Source of the DNA: an uncultured delta proteobacterium
GTDB taxonomy: Bacteria; Myxococcota; UBA727; VGSZ01
Direction of reading: 5' to 3'
Assembly (NCBI GenBank): GCA_963775425.1
Contig: CAVZJB010000009.1
Span: 96,001 to 160,000 of the forward strand
DNA: 64,000 bases
Under the pieces are notes generated by a model. The model was given only the letters and a program-made list of their open reading frames with translations, ran no database searches and had not been told where the DNA came from. This document shows, piece after piece, positions 9,674 to 18,342 of this stretch. Numbering within the stretch: the stretch's first letter is position 1; every line of letters begins with the position of its first letter. The translations under genes and the position numbers were made by a program.

Positions 9674-10746
9674 CGGATCTGCACCTCGGCGCCGATCCCC
9701 AGATCCCAGCCGACGAGCGCGGGCTCCGCGTACACCTCATGCGACACGTCGTCGATCAGGCGAGGCCGGATGAGCGGCGACAGGAGGTCGCCCTGCACCA
9801 CCAGGCCAAGCTCCGGCCAGATGTGCATGTCGACGGCTCCGCGGGCGCCCACGGCCACCCAGGGCGCCGTCACGGCGCGGCTGTTGTCGAGGCCGATGCC
9901 GCGCGCGTTCAGGGCGCCGGCCTCGATGTCGCCGCAGCCGCGCAGCCCGACGAAGGCGTCGGGGTCCCACTCGAGACAGGCCGAGCCGTCGAGCGCGAGG
10001 AGCGCGACGTCGAGGAGCGCCCCGTTGCCCACCGGGTAGCGCGAGGGGAGGTCGAAGCGGACGCCCGCGTCCACGTCGACCACGCCGTAGCCGAACGAGG
10101 CCTGCCCGCGCAGCGACGGCGTGGCGATGACGCCCACGCCCGACGCCACGAGGAGCAGCGCGCGCCCCGACACCGACGCCGGCGCGGGGACGCCGGAGCC
10201 TGCGTCCGCCGCCGCCGGGGGCAGGCTCGCGCTCGCGCTCGCGTCTGCGGCGTCCGTCGCCGTCGGCGCGTCGACGGGCGCGGCGAACGTCAGACGCGCG
10301 GCGTCGGCAGCGTCGGCGCCACCGTCGGCGGGGCTCGCGCGCGCGTGCGTGGGCGGACGCCGGGGAGGAGCAGGGGGCCGGCGGCGCACGAGGAGGAGGG
10401 GATCGATGGCGATGGCGACGGCGAGGACGAGGTCGTCGGCGAGGGAGCGGCAGTCGGCATCGCCGTGGAGCACGCGCAAGCCGAGCCGGGTGCCGCTCGG
10501 CGAAAACAGGACGATGCGCGCGACGAGCTCGTCGCCGTCGCCGTCGCGGGCGACGCCGACGCGCACCTCGCGGGCGTCGTCGGCTTCGCGGAACGGCTCG
10601 CTGCCGATCCGGGCGCGCACGCGCGCGGCGAGCGCGGCGTCGGCGGGGCAGCGTTCGGCGCCGTCGCCGCGGACGATGCGCAGGCGGACGCGGTCTTCGT
10701 CGGCGAGGCCGGCGACGTGGACGGCGAGGACCACGCCGAGGATCAC
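9670..10746 (-). CDS. Exported hypothetical protein with beta-strand-rich C-terminus
   Basis: GTG start overlapping the methyltransferase stop; alternating hydrophobic strands ending WDLGIGAEVQIR. Confidence 0.6.
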   Translation of the reverse strand: MILGVVLAVHVAGLADEDRVRLRIVRGDGAERCPADAALAARVRARIGSEPFREADDAREVRVGVARDGDGDELVARIVLFSPSGTRLGLRVLHGDADCRSLADDLVLAVAIAIDPLLLVRRRPPAPPRRPPTHARASPADGGADAADAARLTFAAPVDAPTATDAADASASASLPPAAADAGSGVPAPASVSGRALLLVASGVGVIATPSLRGQASFGYGVVDVDAGVRFDLPSRYPVGNGALLDVALLALDGSACLEWDPDAFVGLRGCGDIEAGALNARGIGLDNSRAVTAPWVAVGARGAVDMHIWPELGLVVQGDLLSPLIRPRLIDDVSHEVYAEPALVGWDLGIGAEVQIR

Positions 10747-11624
10747 CCTCGTTTCCTGGCGTGCGCCACGTACATCGCGCCGTAGAGGTCCCGGCGGTCC
10801 TTGACGTAGCGATCGCGCAGATCGCTCGCGGTGGCGATCTCCACGACGTCGAACCCGAGCGACGAGAAGAACGGCACCGCGTCTTCGGGGTGGATACCGA
10901 ACAGCACGGGCTCCCCGAGGAGCGCGAGCAGGTTGGCGCTCAGGCGGTGCGCCGACGCGCGAAGGTCGGGCGCGTCGAGGAGGAACCAGAAGTCGCAGCA
11001 CAGCTCGCTGCCGCGGCCGCCGAGCCTCTCGATGAGAGAGAGCGTCTGCTTCACCGCCGCGCGCGTGAGGTACATCGACACGCCCTCCCACACGAAGAAC
11101 GTGCGCGCGCCCTCGACGAACCCCGCTCGCACGAGGGGGCCGTCGAAGGTCTCGGCCAGGAAATCGACCTCGACGCGGCGGACCACGCTACCCGGGAGAT
11201 CCTTCGCGTGCTTGCGCACGAGGTCGTCCTTGCGCCGCCCCGTCGACGGGAAGTCCACCTCGAACACCGGCCGGCCCTTCAAGGCACCGGCGAAGCGGTA
11301 GGCGCGCGTGTCGTAGCCCGCCCCGAGGAGCACCACCTGGGCGACGGGCTCGCCGCCGTCGGTGGAGAGCGCGCGCGAGAGGGCGTCGTCGATGAAGCGG
11401 TGGCGGGCGATGACGAAGTTGCCGACGCCGGGGAGCAAGCGCGTGGGGATCTCGACCAGCGGCCCGGCGGCCTCGGCGGCGCGCAGCGCCGTCCTCAGGC
11501 TCCTGCCGAGGAAGAGGCGCGCGTACGGGTCGTCGACGATGCGCGCGGCGGGATCGCGGAGCCGCTCGAACGCGCGAAAGAAGCAAACGGCCTCGGCGGT
11601 CTTCGACGGCGCGCTCTCCTGCAT
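10743..11624 (-). CDS. SAM-dependent methyltransferase (LCM/TIGR00027-like)
   Basis: DDPYA, RHRFIDD, QVVLLGAGYDTRAYR, FEVD and WEGVSMYL motifs. Confidence 0.92.
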   Translation of the reverse strand: MQESAPSKTAEAVCFFRAFERLRDPAARIVDDPYARLFLGRSLRTALRAAEAAGPLVEIPTRLLPGVGNFVIARHRFIDDALSRALSTDGGEPVAQVVLLGAGYDTRAYRFAGALKGRPVFEVDFPSTGRRKDDLVRKHAKDLPGSVVRRVEVDFLAETFDGPLVRAGFVEGARTFFVWEGVSMYLTRAAVKQTLSLIERLGGRGSELCCDFWFLLDAPDLRASAHRLSANLLALLGEPVLFGIHPEDAVPFFSSLGFDVVEIATASDLRDRYVKDRRDLYGAMYVAHARKRG

Positions 11625-11794
11625 GCGACGACTCTACGACGGCCGCTCCGGCCGTGGGTCGGCGCGCCCCTGGGAGCGGCGTCGGGGGCGATGCGCGCTG
11701 GCGCGTCGTCGTCGCCGTCGTCGTCGTCGTCGCCGTCGCCGTCGTCGTCGTCGGGCTCACGAGGGCCGGAGCCCGCGCAATCCCGTGCGGAGGG

Positions 11795-12127
11795 TCAGCG
11801 CTTCTTTTTGCCCGCGGCCTTCTTCGCCGGGTGCTTCTTGGCGGCTCTCGTCGACGACGGCTTCTTCGCCGGGGTCGCCTTCGCCGGCTTCTTCTTCGAC
11901 GGCGCGCTGTGCGCGGGCTTGGCGGCTTTGGCCGGCGCCTTGGCCGGCTCGGCCTTGGGCGGCTCGACGACCGGCGCCGCGGGGCGCGGCGCGTCGCCCT
12001 TCAGGATGGGCTTGGCGCCGCCGACGAAGCAATCGCTGCGCTCATGGTGCTTGGGCTCCTCGACGGGGCGCACCAGGCGCTCGTCGTCGAGGAACTTGGA
12101 GCGCAGCACGTTGGGCTGGCGCTCCCG
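11795..12127 (-). other. Lys/Ala/Pro-rich histone H1-like coding segment, in frame with the upstream AlkZ-like gene
   Basis: After TGA 12128-12130 the same frame continues RERQPNVLRSKF...AKKHPAKKAAGKKKR*. Confidence 0.6.
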
Positions 12128-13381
12128 TCAATCCATGGGGTTGTCGTCGTCGTTTTCGCCGAGGCGAAACACGGGCTCCTTGCCGAGCGGCCACAAAAAC
12201 GCAGCCGCCGGCCGCTCCGACAAGGGCGCGGGGAGCGCGCGCTCGATGACGCGCACGTCGCGCGCGCCGGCGACGACGGCGAGCTGCCCCGCGTGCGTCT
12301 CCGCGGCGAGGCGCACGGCGTTCAAGCGATTGGCGTAGGGCTCGAAGATGTGGAACTCGAGCGCGATGGAGTCGCTGTCGCGGAACTGCCACAGGCCGAT
12401 GCAGCGCCCCTCCTCGATGATGATCGAGGTGGTGTTGCCGGCGGGGTCGTAGACCCAGGGAGCGAAGCGCGGCTCGACGACGCGGGTGCGGTCGCGCCAG
12501 CCGAGTGGGTACGCGTCCCACAACGGCAGGAACAGGATGCGCTCGGGTTGCCCGCCGCCCTTGCGCGTCTGGTCGGCGACCTCCCGCAGAGTGACGAGGC
12601 CCTCGCCGAGCCCGTCGACGGGGAACTTCACGACCTCGCGGCCGAGCACCTCGAGCACGCGGCGCACGTCGGCCATGGGCAGGCCCGTCCACCAGGCGGC
12701 GTCCTCGAGGCGGGCGGGGCCGTACGTGCGCAGATAGCGGCGAACGACCTCGACGCGGGCCTGCTCCACCTGCTCCGGGATGAGCGACGCGCCCTCGAGC
12801 CACTGCTCGGCGAGCGCGTAGTTGAACTGGTTGCCCTTCCAGCCCTTGGACGTGGTGCGGACGAGCACGCCGATGTCGCAGAGCTTGCGCAGCAGCAGGC
12901 GCTCGATGTCGACGCCGGGGCGGCGCTCCTTGCCGGGGTACAAAAGCGCGATGACCTCGCTCTCCTGCCGCGGCATGGTGAACGCCTCGGAGCGCAGCTT
13001 CTCGGCGAAGCGCTGAAGCTGGAGCTCGTCGATGCCCTCGGAGCGCAGGCGGGACATGCCCGTCGTCGACAGCGTGTCGTACAGCGCGCGGAAGTAGAGC
13101 GGGTAGTCCTCGCTCGCGAGCAGGAACAGCGACCCGCGAAACGCCGTGGCGCGCACCAACGACCAATCGTTGACGAGCGCCTCCTCGAGGTCCCCGAGGG
13201 TGAGCGTCGGGCGCCGGGCCATCAGCGAGAGGTACGCGATGGGGTTCGGGCCGTAGATGCCGGGTCTTCTGTGGATGGCTTCCACCAGGGTCTCGCCGTC
13301 CCCGAACGCGTTCAGCGTGGTGTGGTGGTAGCGCTGCAGTTGCTTGAGGGGCGTGGCCTCGAAGGTGCCCTTGGCCGGCAT
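12128..13381 (-). CDS. AlkZ/YcaQ-like winged-helix (HTH_42) protein
   Basis: AYLSLMARR, LVRATAFRGSLFL, RRYLRTYGPARLEDAAWWTGL, FLPLWDAY and IGLW motifs. Confidence 0.85.
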   Translation of the reverse strand: MPAKGTFEATPLKQLQRYHHTTLNAFGDGETLVEAIHRRPGIYGPNPIAYLSLMARRPTLTLGDLEEALVNDWSLVRATAFRGSLFLLASEDYPLYFRALYDTLSTTGMSRLRSEGIDELQLQRFAEKLRSEAFTMPRQESEVIALLYPGKERRPGVDIERLLLRKLCDIGVLVRTTSKGWKGNQFNYALAEQWLEGASLIPEQVEQARVEVVRRYLRTYGPARLEDAAWWTGLPMADVRRVLEVLGREVVKFPVDGLGEGLVTLREVADQTRKGGGQPERILFLPLWDAYPLGWRDRTRVVEPRFAPWVYDPAGNTTSIIIEEGRCIGLWQFRDSDSIALEFHIFEPYANRLNAVRLAAETHAGQLAVVAGARDVRVIERALPAPLSERPAAAFLWPLGKEPVFRLGENDDDNPMD

Positions 13382-13487
13382 CGGAGCTCCGTGTTCGCTG
13401 TCGTCGTCGAGGGCCTACCCCGGCGCCCCGACACAAACAACCGCGGTTCCGTGCGGCCCGGCTTCCCGTCGGACGGTTCACGGCGGA

Positions 13488-13682
13488 TCAGGGGGCGGCG
13501 GTGGGGACGGGCGTGTCGGGCGTCTTGCGCTCGGCAAACCAGATGGCGATGCCGAGGGCGACCGCGGAGATCACGAGGACCACGACCAGGTGGCGGCCCA
13601 CCCCGGTGGGCCGTGGCAGCCGCGTGCCGAACATGGAGCGCTCGGCGGTCACCATCTGGTCGGGGTCATGTGGCTCGGGCAC
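13488..13682 (-). CDS. Small single-TM membrane protein (64 aa)
   Basis: One TM (LVVVLVISAVALGIAIWFA); TAGCCT 6 nt upstream of the GTG. Confidence 0.6.
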   Translation of the reverse strand: MPEPHDPDQMVTAERSMFGTRLPRPTGVGRHLVVVLVISAVALGIAIWFAERKTPDTPVPTAAP

Positions 13683-13862
13683 GCCCCGAGGCTACCGCAT
13701 CCGGAGCCACCCGAAGCAAGCGCGGGGGCGCCGCGCCCGGGAGCCCCGGTTCGTGGCGGACGGGCGGTCAAGCCCCAAAAGGAGCGCGGCGGAAGCTGCC
13801 GCCGGAGTCGTCCGCCGCTCCGGGCGCGCGGAGCGCGCGGCTGTTCGTGAGCGTCAGCGAAC

Positions 13863-13905
13863 AAAAAAGGGAGCCGTCGCCGGCGTTGAAACAACGCCGA
13901 CGACG
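13863..13905 (-). terminator. Intrinsic terminator downstream of sctT
   Basis: Minus strand: 14-bp stem CGTCGTCGGCGTTG/CAACGCCGGCGACG, TTT loop, then GCTCCC-TTTTTT. Confidence 0.65.
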
Positions 13906-14030
13906 ACCGAAAGCGGCGACCTCTCCCGTCGACGCCCGGACACAGCGTTTCCCCCCTCGGCTCGCCTCGCGGCGGGCCGTCACCTGATGCCCCCCGAGCT
14001 CCGCTGTGTCCGACCCCGACGCTGAACCTA
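13906..14030 (-). ncRNA. Candidate structured RNA (unassigned)
   Basis: Perfect 11-bp stem 13937-13947 with 14002-14012; inner CTCGG/CCGAG stem; CGCC-GCGA-GGCG GNRA hairpin on the minus strand. Confidence 0.35.
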
Positions 14031-14083
14031 ACGAGGACGCGGCCGCGCGCAGGGCTCGCGTGTGGATCGATCACGCGTGCGCC

Positions 14084-14905
14084 TCAGCTGAGGAGCTTGA
14101 TGATGTCGTCGACGTGGCCCAGCATGATCACCGAGTTCTTCAGCATGGTCTGGATGAACAGGTCGATGCAGAGGAAGAACACGATGCAGCCGCCGATGAC
14201 CTTGGCGGGCATGGCCATGAAGTACGCGTTGATCTGCGGGGCCACGCGGTTGATGAGGCCGAAGGACGTCTCGAGCGTCAGCGTGACGATGCCGATGGGC
14301 ATGGCGAGGAGCACCGCGATCTCGAGGATCTCGGCGGTGAGCCGCGCGTTGTACTCGACGAAGGCGGCGTAGCCGGCGTGGAAGTGCGGGAAGTCGTTGA
14401 TGGGGACCGCGACGAAGCTCTCGAACAGCGACGCCAGGAACGGGTGGTGCAGATCCAGCGCCAGGAACAGGGCGAGCAGCAACTGGTACTGCAGCGTGCC
14501 GAACGCCGACGAGCGCTCCTCGATCTCGGGCACCTGCAACTGGATCTGGTTGGCGCCGCGCAGGATGTCGATGAGCTGGCCGGCGATCTCCACGGTGTAG
14601 AACACCTTGGACGCGACGAAGCCGATGACGAGGCCGACGAAGGTCTCCTTCATCATCATGAGCGTGAACCCGATGGGCGTGATGGGCAGCCCGTGCTCCG
14701 GGCTGACGTTGGCGAGCACCGTGGGCCACAGCAGGATGGTGAGCGTGACGCCGACGCCCATCTTCACCTCGACGGGCGCGTTCTTGCCGCCGAGGAACGG
14801 CACGAGGACGACCATGGCCATGATCCGCGCCATGATCAGCGCGAACACGACGATGGTCTTCGTCATGTCGAGCTGCTGCGCGAGTGCAGCCATGAAGTTC
14901 TGCAC
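14084..14905 (-). CDS. sctT: T3SS export apparatus SctT (FliR/EscT family)
   Basis: VPFLGG..PVEVK, KETFVGLVIGF, AGQLIDILRG and FGLINRVAPQIN motifs. Confidence 0.92.
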   Translation of the reverse strand: MQNFMAALAQQLDMTKTIVVFALIMARIMAMVVLVPFLGGKNAPVEVKMGVGVTLTILLWPTVLANVSPEHGLPITPIGFTLMMMKETFVGLVIGFVASKVFYTVEIAGQLIDILRGANQIQLQVPEIEERSSAFGTLQYQLLLALFLALDLHHPFLASLFESFVAVPINDFPHFHAGYAAFVEYNARLTAEILEIAVLLAMPIGIVTLTLETSFGLINRVAPQINAYFMAMPAKVIGGCIVFFLCIDLFIQTMLKNSVIMLGHVDDIIKLLS

Positions 14906-14913
14906 GGCCGCTC

Positions 14914-15186
14914 CTAGTGGATCACGTCGGGGATGCTCCCGAGGCAGAGCGTCGCGAAGCGAAGCATCGTGGCCCCGAGCCAGCCGCCGGTGGCGGCGAG
15001 CACCGCGAAGACGGCGATCATCTTCGGGACGAAGGAGAGCGTCTGCTCCTGGATCTGCGTCGTCGCGGAGAACACCGCGACCAGCACGCCGATGAGCAGG
15101 CTCAACAAGATGGGGGGCATCGACACCACGATGGTGATGAGGATGGCCTCGTTCGTGATTTGAACGATGAAGTCCTGGACGGTCAT
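14914..15186 (-). CDS. sctS: T3SS export apparatus SctS (FliQ/EscS family)
   Basis: GVLVAVFSATTQIQEQTLSFVPK motif. Confidence 0.95.
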   Translation of the reverse strand: MTVQDFIVQITNEAILITIVVSMPPILLSLLIGVLVAVFSATTQIQEQTLSFVPKMIAVFAVLAATGGWLGATMLRFATLCLGSIPDVIH

Positions 15187-16052
15187 TGGTACCCCAAGAC
15201 GAGGCCGCGGGTGATGAGGTACCACCCGTCTACGAGGACGAAGAGCAATATCTTGAACGGCAGCGAGATGGTTGTCGGCGACAGCATCTGCATGCCGAGC
15301 GCCATCAATATGTTCGACACCACCATGTCGATCACCAGGAACGGCACGAAGATGATGAAGCCTATCTGGAAGGCCTTGGTGAGCTCGCTGATGACGAACG
15401 CGGGCGTGATGATCACGAGGTCGTCGGGCTGAAGCGACGCGCGGTCCTCCTCGGCGCGCAGCCGATAGGCGACGCGATAGAGCATCTGGCGGTTCTTCTC
15501 ATTGCTGTTTTTGAGGAGGAACGCCTTGATGGGCTCCTTGGCCTGCTTGAGCGCGTCGACGATGATGTCGACGTTCTCCTTCTGCAGGAGGTCGCCGCCG
15601 CGTCTTATCTCGATGAGGCGGTCGACGCGGTTGTAGATCTGCAGACCCACGGGCTGCATCACGTACGCGGTGAGGATGATGGCCATGCCCGTGATGACGG
15701 TGGTGGGCGGCGCCTGCTGCGTGCCGATGGCCTGGCGGGTGATGGACAGGACCACCGCGATCTTGACGAAGCTCGTCACCATCATCCCGACGAAGGGGAT
15801 GAGGGCGAGGCCCGCCATGGCCGTCATGAGGATGAGCGGGCGGTTGGAGATGGAGTCGTTGCCGAGGAGGTCGACGCCGCCGACGGTGGCGCCGTGGGCG
15901 ATGCCGCGACCCTTGGCCAGGGCGACGCACGGCGCGAGCGACACGACGAAGAAGACGAACGTGGCCCAGCCCACCCCGCGGGCGAAGCGCAGGGTGCGCG
16001 GCTCGTCCTTGTGGTGTCCGAAGCAGGAGCGGAGGGCTTCGCGGAGCTTCAT
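15183..16052 (-). CDS. sctR: T3SS export apparatus SctR (FliP/EscR family)
   Basis: TSFVKIAVVLS..QQAPP, PAFVISEL..AFQIGF and LPFKILLFVLVDGW motifs. Confidence 0.96.
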   Translation of the reverse strand: MKLREALRSCFGHHKDEPRTLRFARGVGWATFVFFVVSLAPCVALAKGRGIAHGATVGGVDLLGNDSISNRPLILMTAMAGLALIPFVGMMVTSFVKIAVVLSITRQAIGTQQAPPTTVITGMAIILTAYVMQPVGLQIYNRVDRLIEIRRGGDLLQKENVDIIVDALKQAKEPIKAFLLKNSNEKNRQMLYRVAYRLRAEEDRASLQPDDLVIITPAFVISELTKAFQIGFIIFVPFLVIDMVVSNILMALGMQMLSPTTISLPFKILLFVLVDGWYLITRGLVLGYQ

Positions 16053-16768
16053 GCGGTGGCCTTCTCGTCGTCGTTCGTCTTCTTGGCGTCGCGGCGCCTG
16101 AGGGCGTCCATGAAGGACGGCGGCGGCGCCGCCGCGGCCTTGGTCTCCACGTCCTTCAGGAGCGTGACGCCGCCCTCGCCGGCGGCGAGCAGCATCTGCT
16201 TGCCGTCGACCTCGACGAGGAAGAGCGAGCGCTTGGCGTCGAGGCCGACGCGCTCGACCACCTTGACCCGCCTGCCGAGGTTCTGGCGCTCGACGAGCTT
16301 GCCGAGCCCCTTGGACAGCGTGAGGTACACGAGCCCGAGGACGATGCAGAGCATCAAGATGGTCTTCAAGAGCGGCCCGACGAGGTCGCCGAGCCCCGAC
16401 TGCGGCGCCGGCAGCGGCTTGAGCGCGTCCGGATCCGGCGGGGGCGCCGGGGGCACCTGCGGCGCGGCGTGTGCCGCCGGGTTTGCCGCTGCGTCCCCGT
16501 CGTCCGCGCGCGCGGCGGCGACGTCCGCGCCGGTCGCGGGCGCCGCGTCGTCGTCGCCGGCGGGGTCGTCGCCGACGCCCGGCGGCGGCAGAACGAGCTT
16601 CACGGCGTCGTCGGCCGTGGCGTCGTCGTCGGCGGCGTGCGCGGCGGCGGTGCCGCCGAACGGCGCGCTGTCGCCGGCGTTGTCGGCGAGCGCGGGGCCG
16701 GCGAGCGCGAGCCCGACGACGACGAGCATGGGCGACGGGAGGGAGCCACGCTGGAGCTTGCTGATCAC
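16049..16768 (-). CDS. fliO: FliO-like protein
   Basis: TM followed by VKVVERVGLDAKRSLFLVEVDGKQMLL..EGGVTLL; directly upstream of sctR; TAAGCT 6 nt before GTG. Confidence 0.8.
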   Translation of the reverse strand: MISKLQRGSLPSPMLVVVGLALAGPALADNAGDSAPFGGTAAAHAADDDATADDAVKLVLPPPGVGDDPAGDDDAAPATGADVAAARADDGDAAANPAAHAAPQVPPAPPPDPDALKPLPAPQSGLGDLVGPLLKTILMLCIVLGLVYLTLSKGLGKLVERQNLGRRVKVVERVGLDAKRSLFLVEVDGKQMLLAAGEGGVTLLKDVETKAAAAPPPSFMDALRRRDAKKTNDDEKATA

Positions 16769-16878
16769 GGCCGCAGCTTAGCGCGCCGCGCTCCAGGCGT
16801 GGCGAGCGCCCCCGTCCGCGCGTGGGGCCGGGCCTACATCCGCGCCGGACCCCGGGCGGACGCCACGCGGGTGCCGGG

Positions 16879-18342
16879 TCATTTGACGAGGGAGAGGATC
16901 CGGACGCCCAGCTCGCCGTCGATCTCGACGAGCTCGCCCTTGCCGACGCGCTTGCCGTCGACGACGAGGTCCACGGGCTCGCCGGGGGCGCGCGACAGCT
17001 CGATGACCTGGCCCGCGCGCAGTTGGACGACGTCGGCGGCGGAGACCATCACGCGGCCGAGCTCGACGACCATCGCCACGGTGATGTCGTCGAGGAGGCC
17101 CGCGGCCTCGGGCGAGGGCTCGTCCTCGGGCTCCTCTTCCCCGTCGGAGTGCTCGGCCCCCGGCTCGTCGTCGACCGCGGTGCCACCCGGGAGCGGCGCG
17201 CCCCCGCCGGCGTCGTCGATGGGGGCGGCGACGCGGTCGGCGGCCTCCCGGCGCAGCCGGGACCCGAAGGCGTCGGCGTCGACGAGACCCGCAGCGGACA
17301 GCCGCTTGGCGTTTTCTTCCATCTCCCCGCCTTCTACCTCGCCGAAGCCCTCGTGGAACAGATGCGCCTTTGCGCGCGGCTCGCCCGCGGGCGAGATGGC
17401 CTCGATCTGGACCTCGTAGCGCCCGCTGTCGCCGACGACGAGCGCGCCGGAGATGACGCCGCGGTGCCCGTCGCCGAGCCGGCACTGCACGCGGCCGCTC
17501 AGCGTTTGCGGCTGGTCCTCGTCCTCGGGCGGCACGATCGTCACTTCGCTCTCCTCGACGAGGATGATGTCGTCGATCTCGAGGGACTCCACGTCCGCCA
17601 TCTGCAGACCGATGCGGCCTACCTCGACCACGAGCGGCGCCGTCAACAGCCGCACCACGTCGATGCGCTCGTCGAGCCGGCGGAGCCAGCGCGACAAGGC
17701 CGGGCCCTCCGCGGGGACGTCGGGCGAAAACGCGTCGCGCACGAAGCTCTCCGGCAAGTAGACGCGGCAGAAGCCCACCTTGACGTCGAAGAACAGCCGG
17801 AAGCTCAGGCACAGCAGGGGCGCGTCGACCGGGAAGCGCTCCGCGAGCGACGCCATGGTCCCGTGGACCCCCTCGAGCTTCAACGCCACGTCCTTGTCGG
17901 CGGCCCCCTCCTGCAGGAGCTGCAGCACGCGCAACAGCACGAAGGAGAACACGCCGTCCTCGATCTCCGACAGCGGCCTTTGTCCGTCGGCGTCCTCGGC
18001 GTTCCCCCCGAGGAGCTTGTCGATGGCCTGCTGCGCCACGGTGAGATCCACCTCGAGGAGCGCCTTCTCGGTGCGCGGCGGCAGCCCGATGACGGCGGCG
18101 CACGTGGGCTCCGCGAGGACCTGCGCGAGCTCTCCGTCGCCGAGCGCGCGCACGCCCTCGAACCACAGCTCGACGTCCGCGTGGACGAGCGGCCCGAGCA
18201 TGTCCTTGAGCCAATCCTTGAAGTCGCTCTCGAACGCCGTCTGCGGTAGGTGACACAACAGCGCGTTTTGCACCTGCACCTGCCGGCGGCTGATGCGGGG
18301 GAGCGTTCCCTGCAGCTTGAACTTGCGGAGCTTCCTCGCCAT
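16879..18342 (-). CDS. sctQ: T3SS cytoplasmic ring protein SctQ (two SpoA/FliMN domains)
   Basis: C-terminal VELGRV..LRAGQVIEL..PVDLVVDGKRVGKGELVEIDGELGVRI; a second SpoA-like region centrally. Confidence 0.9.
   Translation of the reverse strand: MARKLRKFKLQGTLPRISRRQVQVQNALLCHLPQTAFESDFKDWLKDMLGPLVHADVELWFEGVRALGDGELAQVLAEPTCAAVIGLPPRTEKALLEVDLTVAQQAIDKLLGGNAEDADGQRPLSEIEDGVFSFVLLRVLQLLQEGAADKDVALKLEGVHGTMASLAERFPVDAPLLCLSFRLFFDVKVGFCRVYLPESFVRDAFSPDVPAEGPALSRWLRRLDERIDVVRLLTAPLVVEVGRIGLQMADVESLEIDDIILVEESEVTIVPPEDEDQPQTLSGRVQCRLGDGHRGVISGALVVGDSGRYEVQIEAISPAGEPRAKAHLFHEGFGEVEGGEMEENAKRLSAAGLVDADAFGSRLRREAADRVAAPIDDAGGGAPLPGGTAVDDEPGAEHSDGEEEPEDEPSPEAAGLLDDITVAMVVELGRVMVSAADVVQLRAGQVIELSRAPGEPVDLVVDGKRVGKGELVEIDGELGVRILSLVK

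Noticed and set aside
11702-11755. (GTC)n tract as a separate gene
   Set aside because: No convincing start codon or RBS; noted only as in frame behind the histone-like tail
12128-12130. Selenocysteine or genome-wide TGA recoding
   Set aside because: No redox-motif context; TGA terminates conserved genes normally (hydA, fumarase, sctN) and Trp is encoded by TGG
13906-14030. 6S RNA, SRP RNA or known riboswitch
   Set aside because: Lacks the SRP domain IV motif and recognisable riboswitch consensus; kept only as an unassigned candidate
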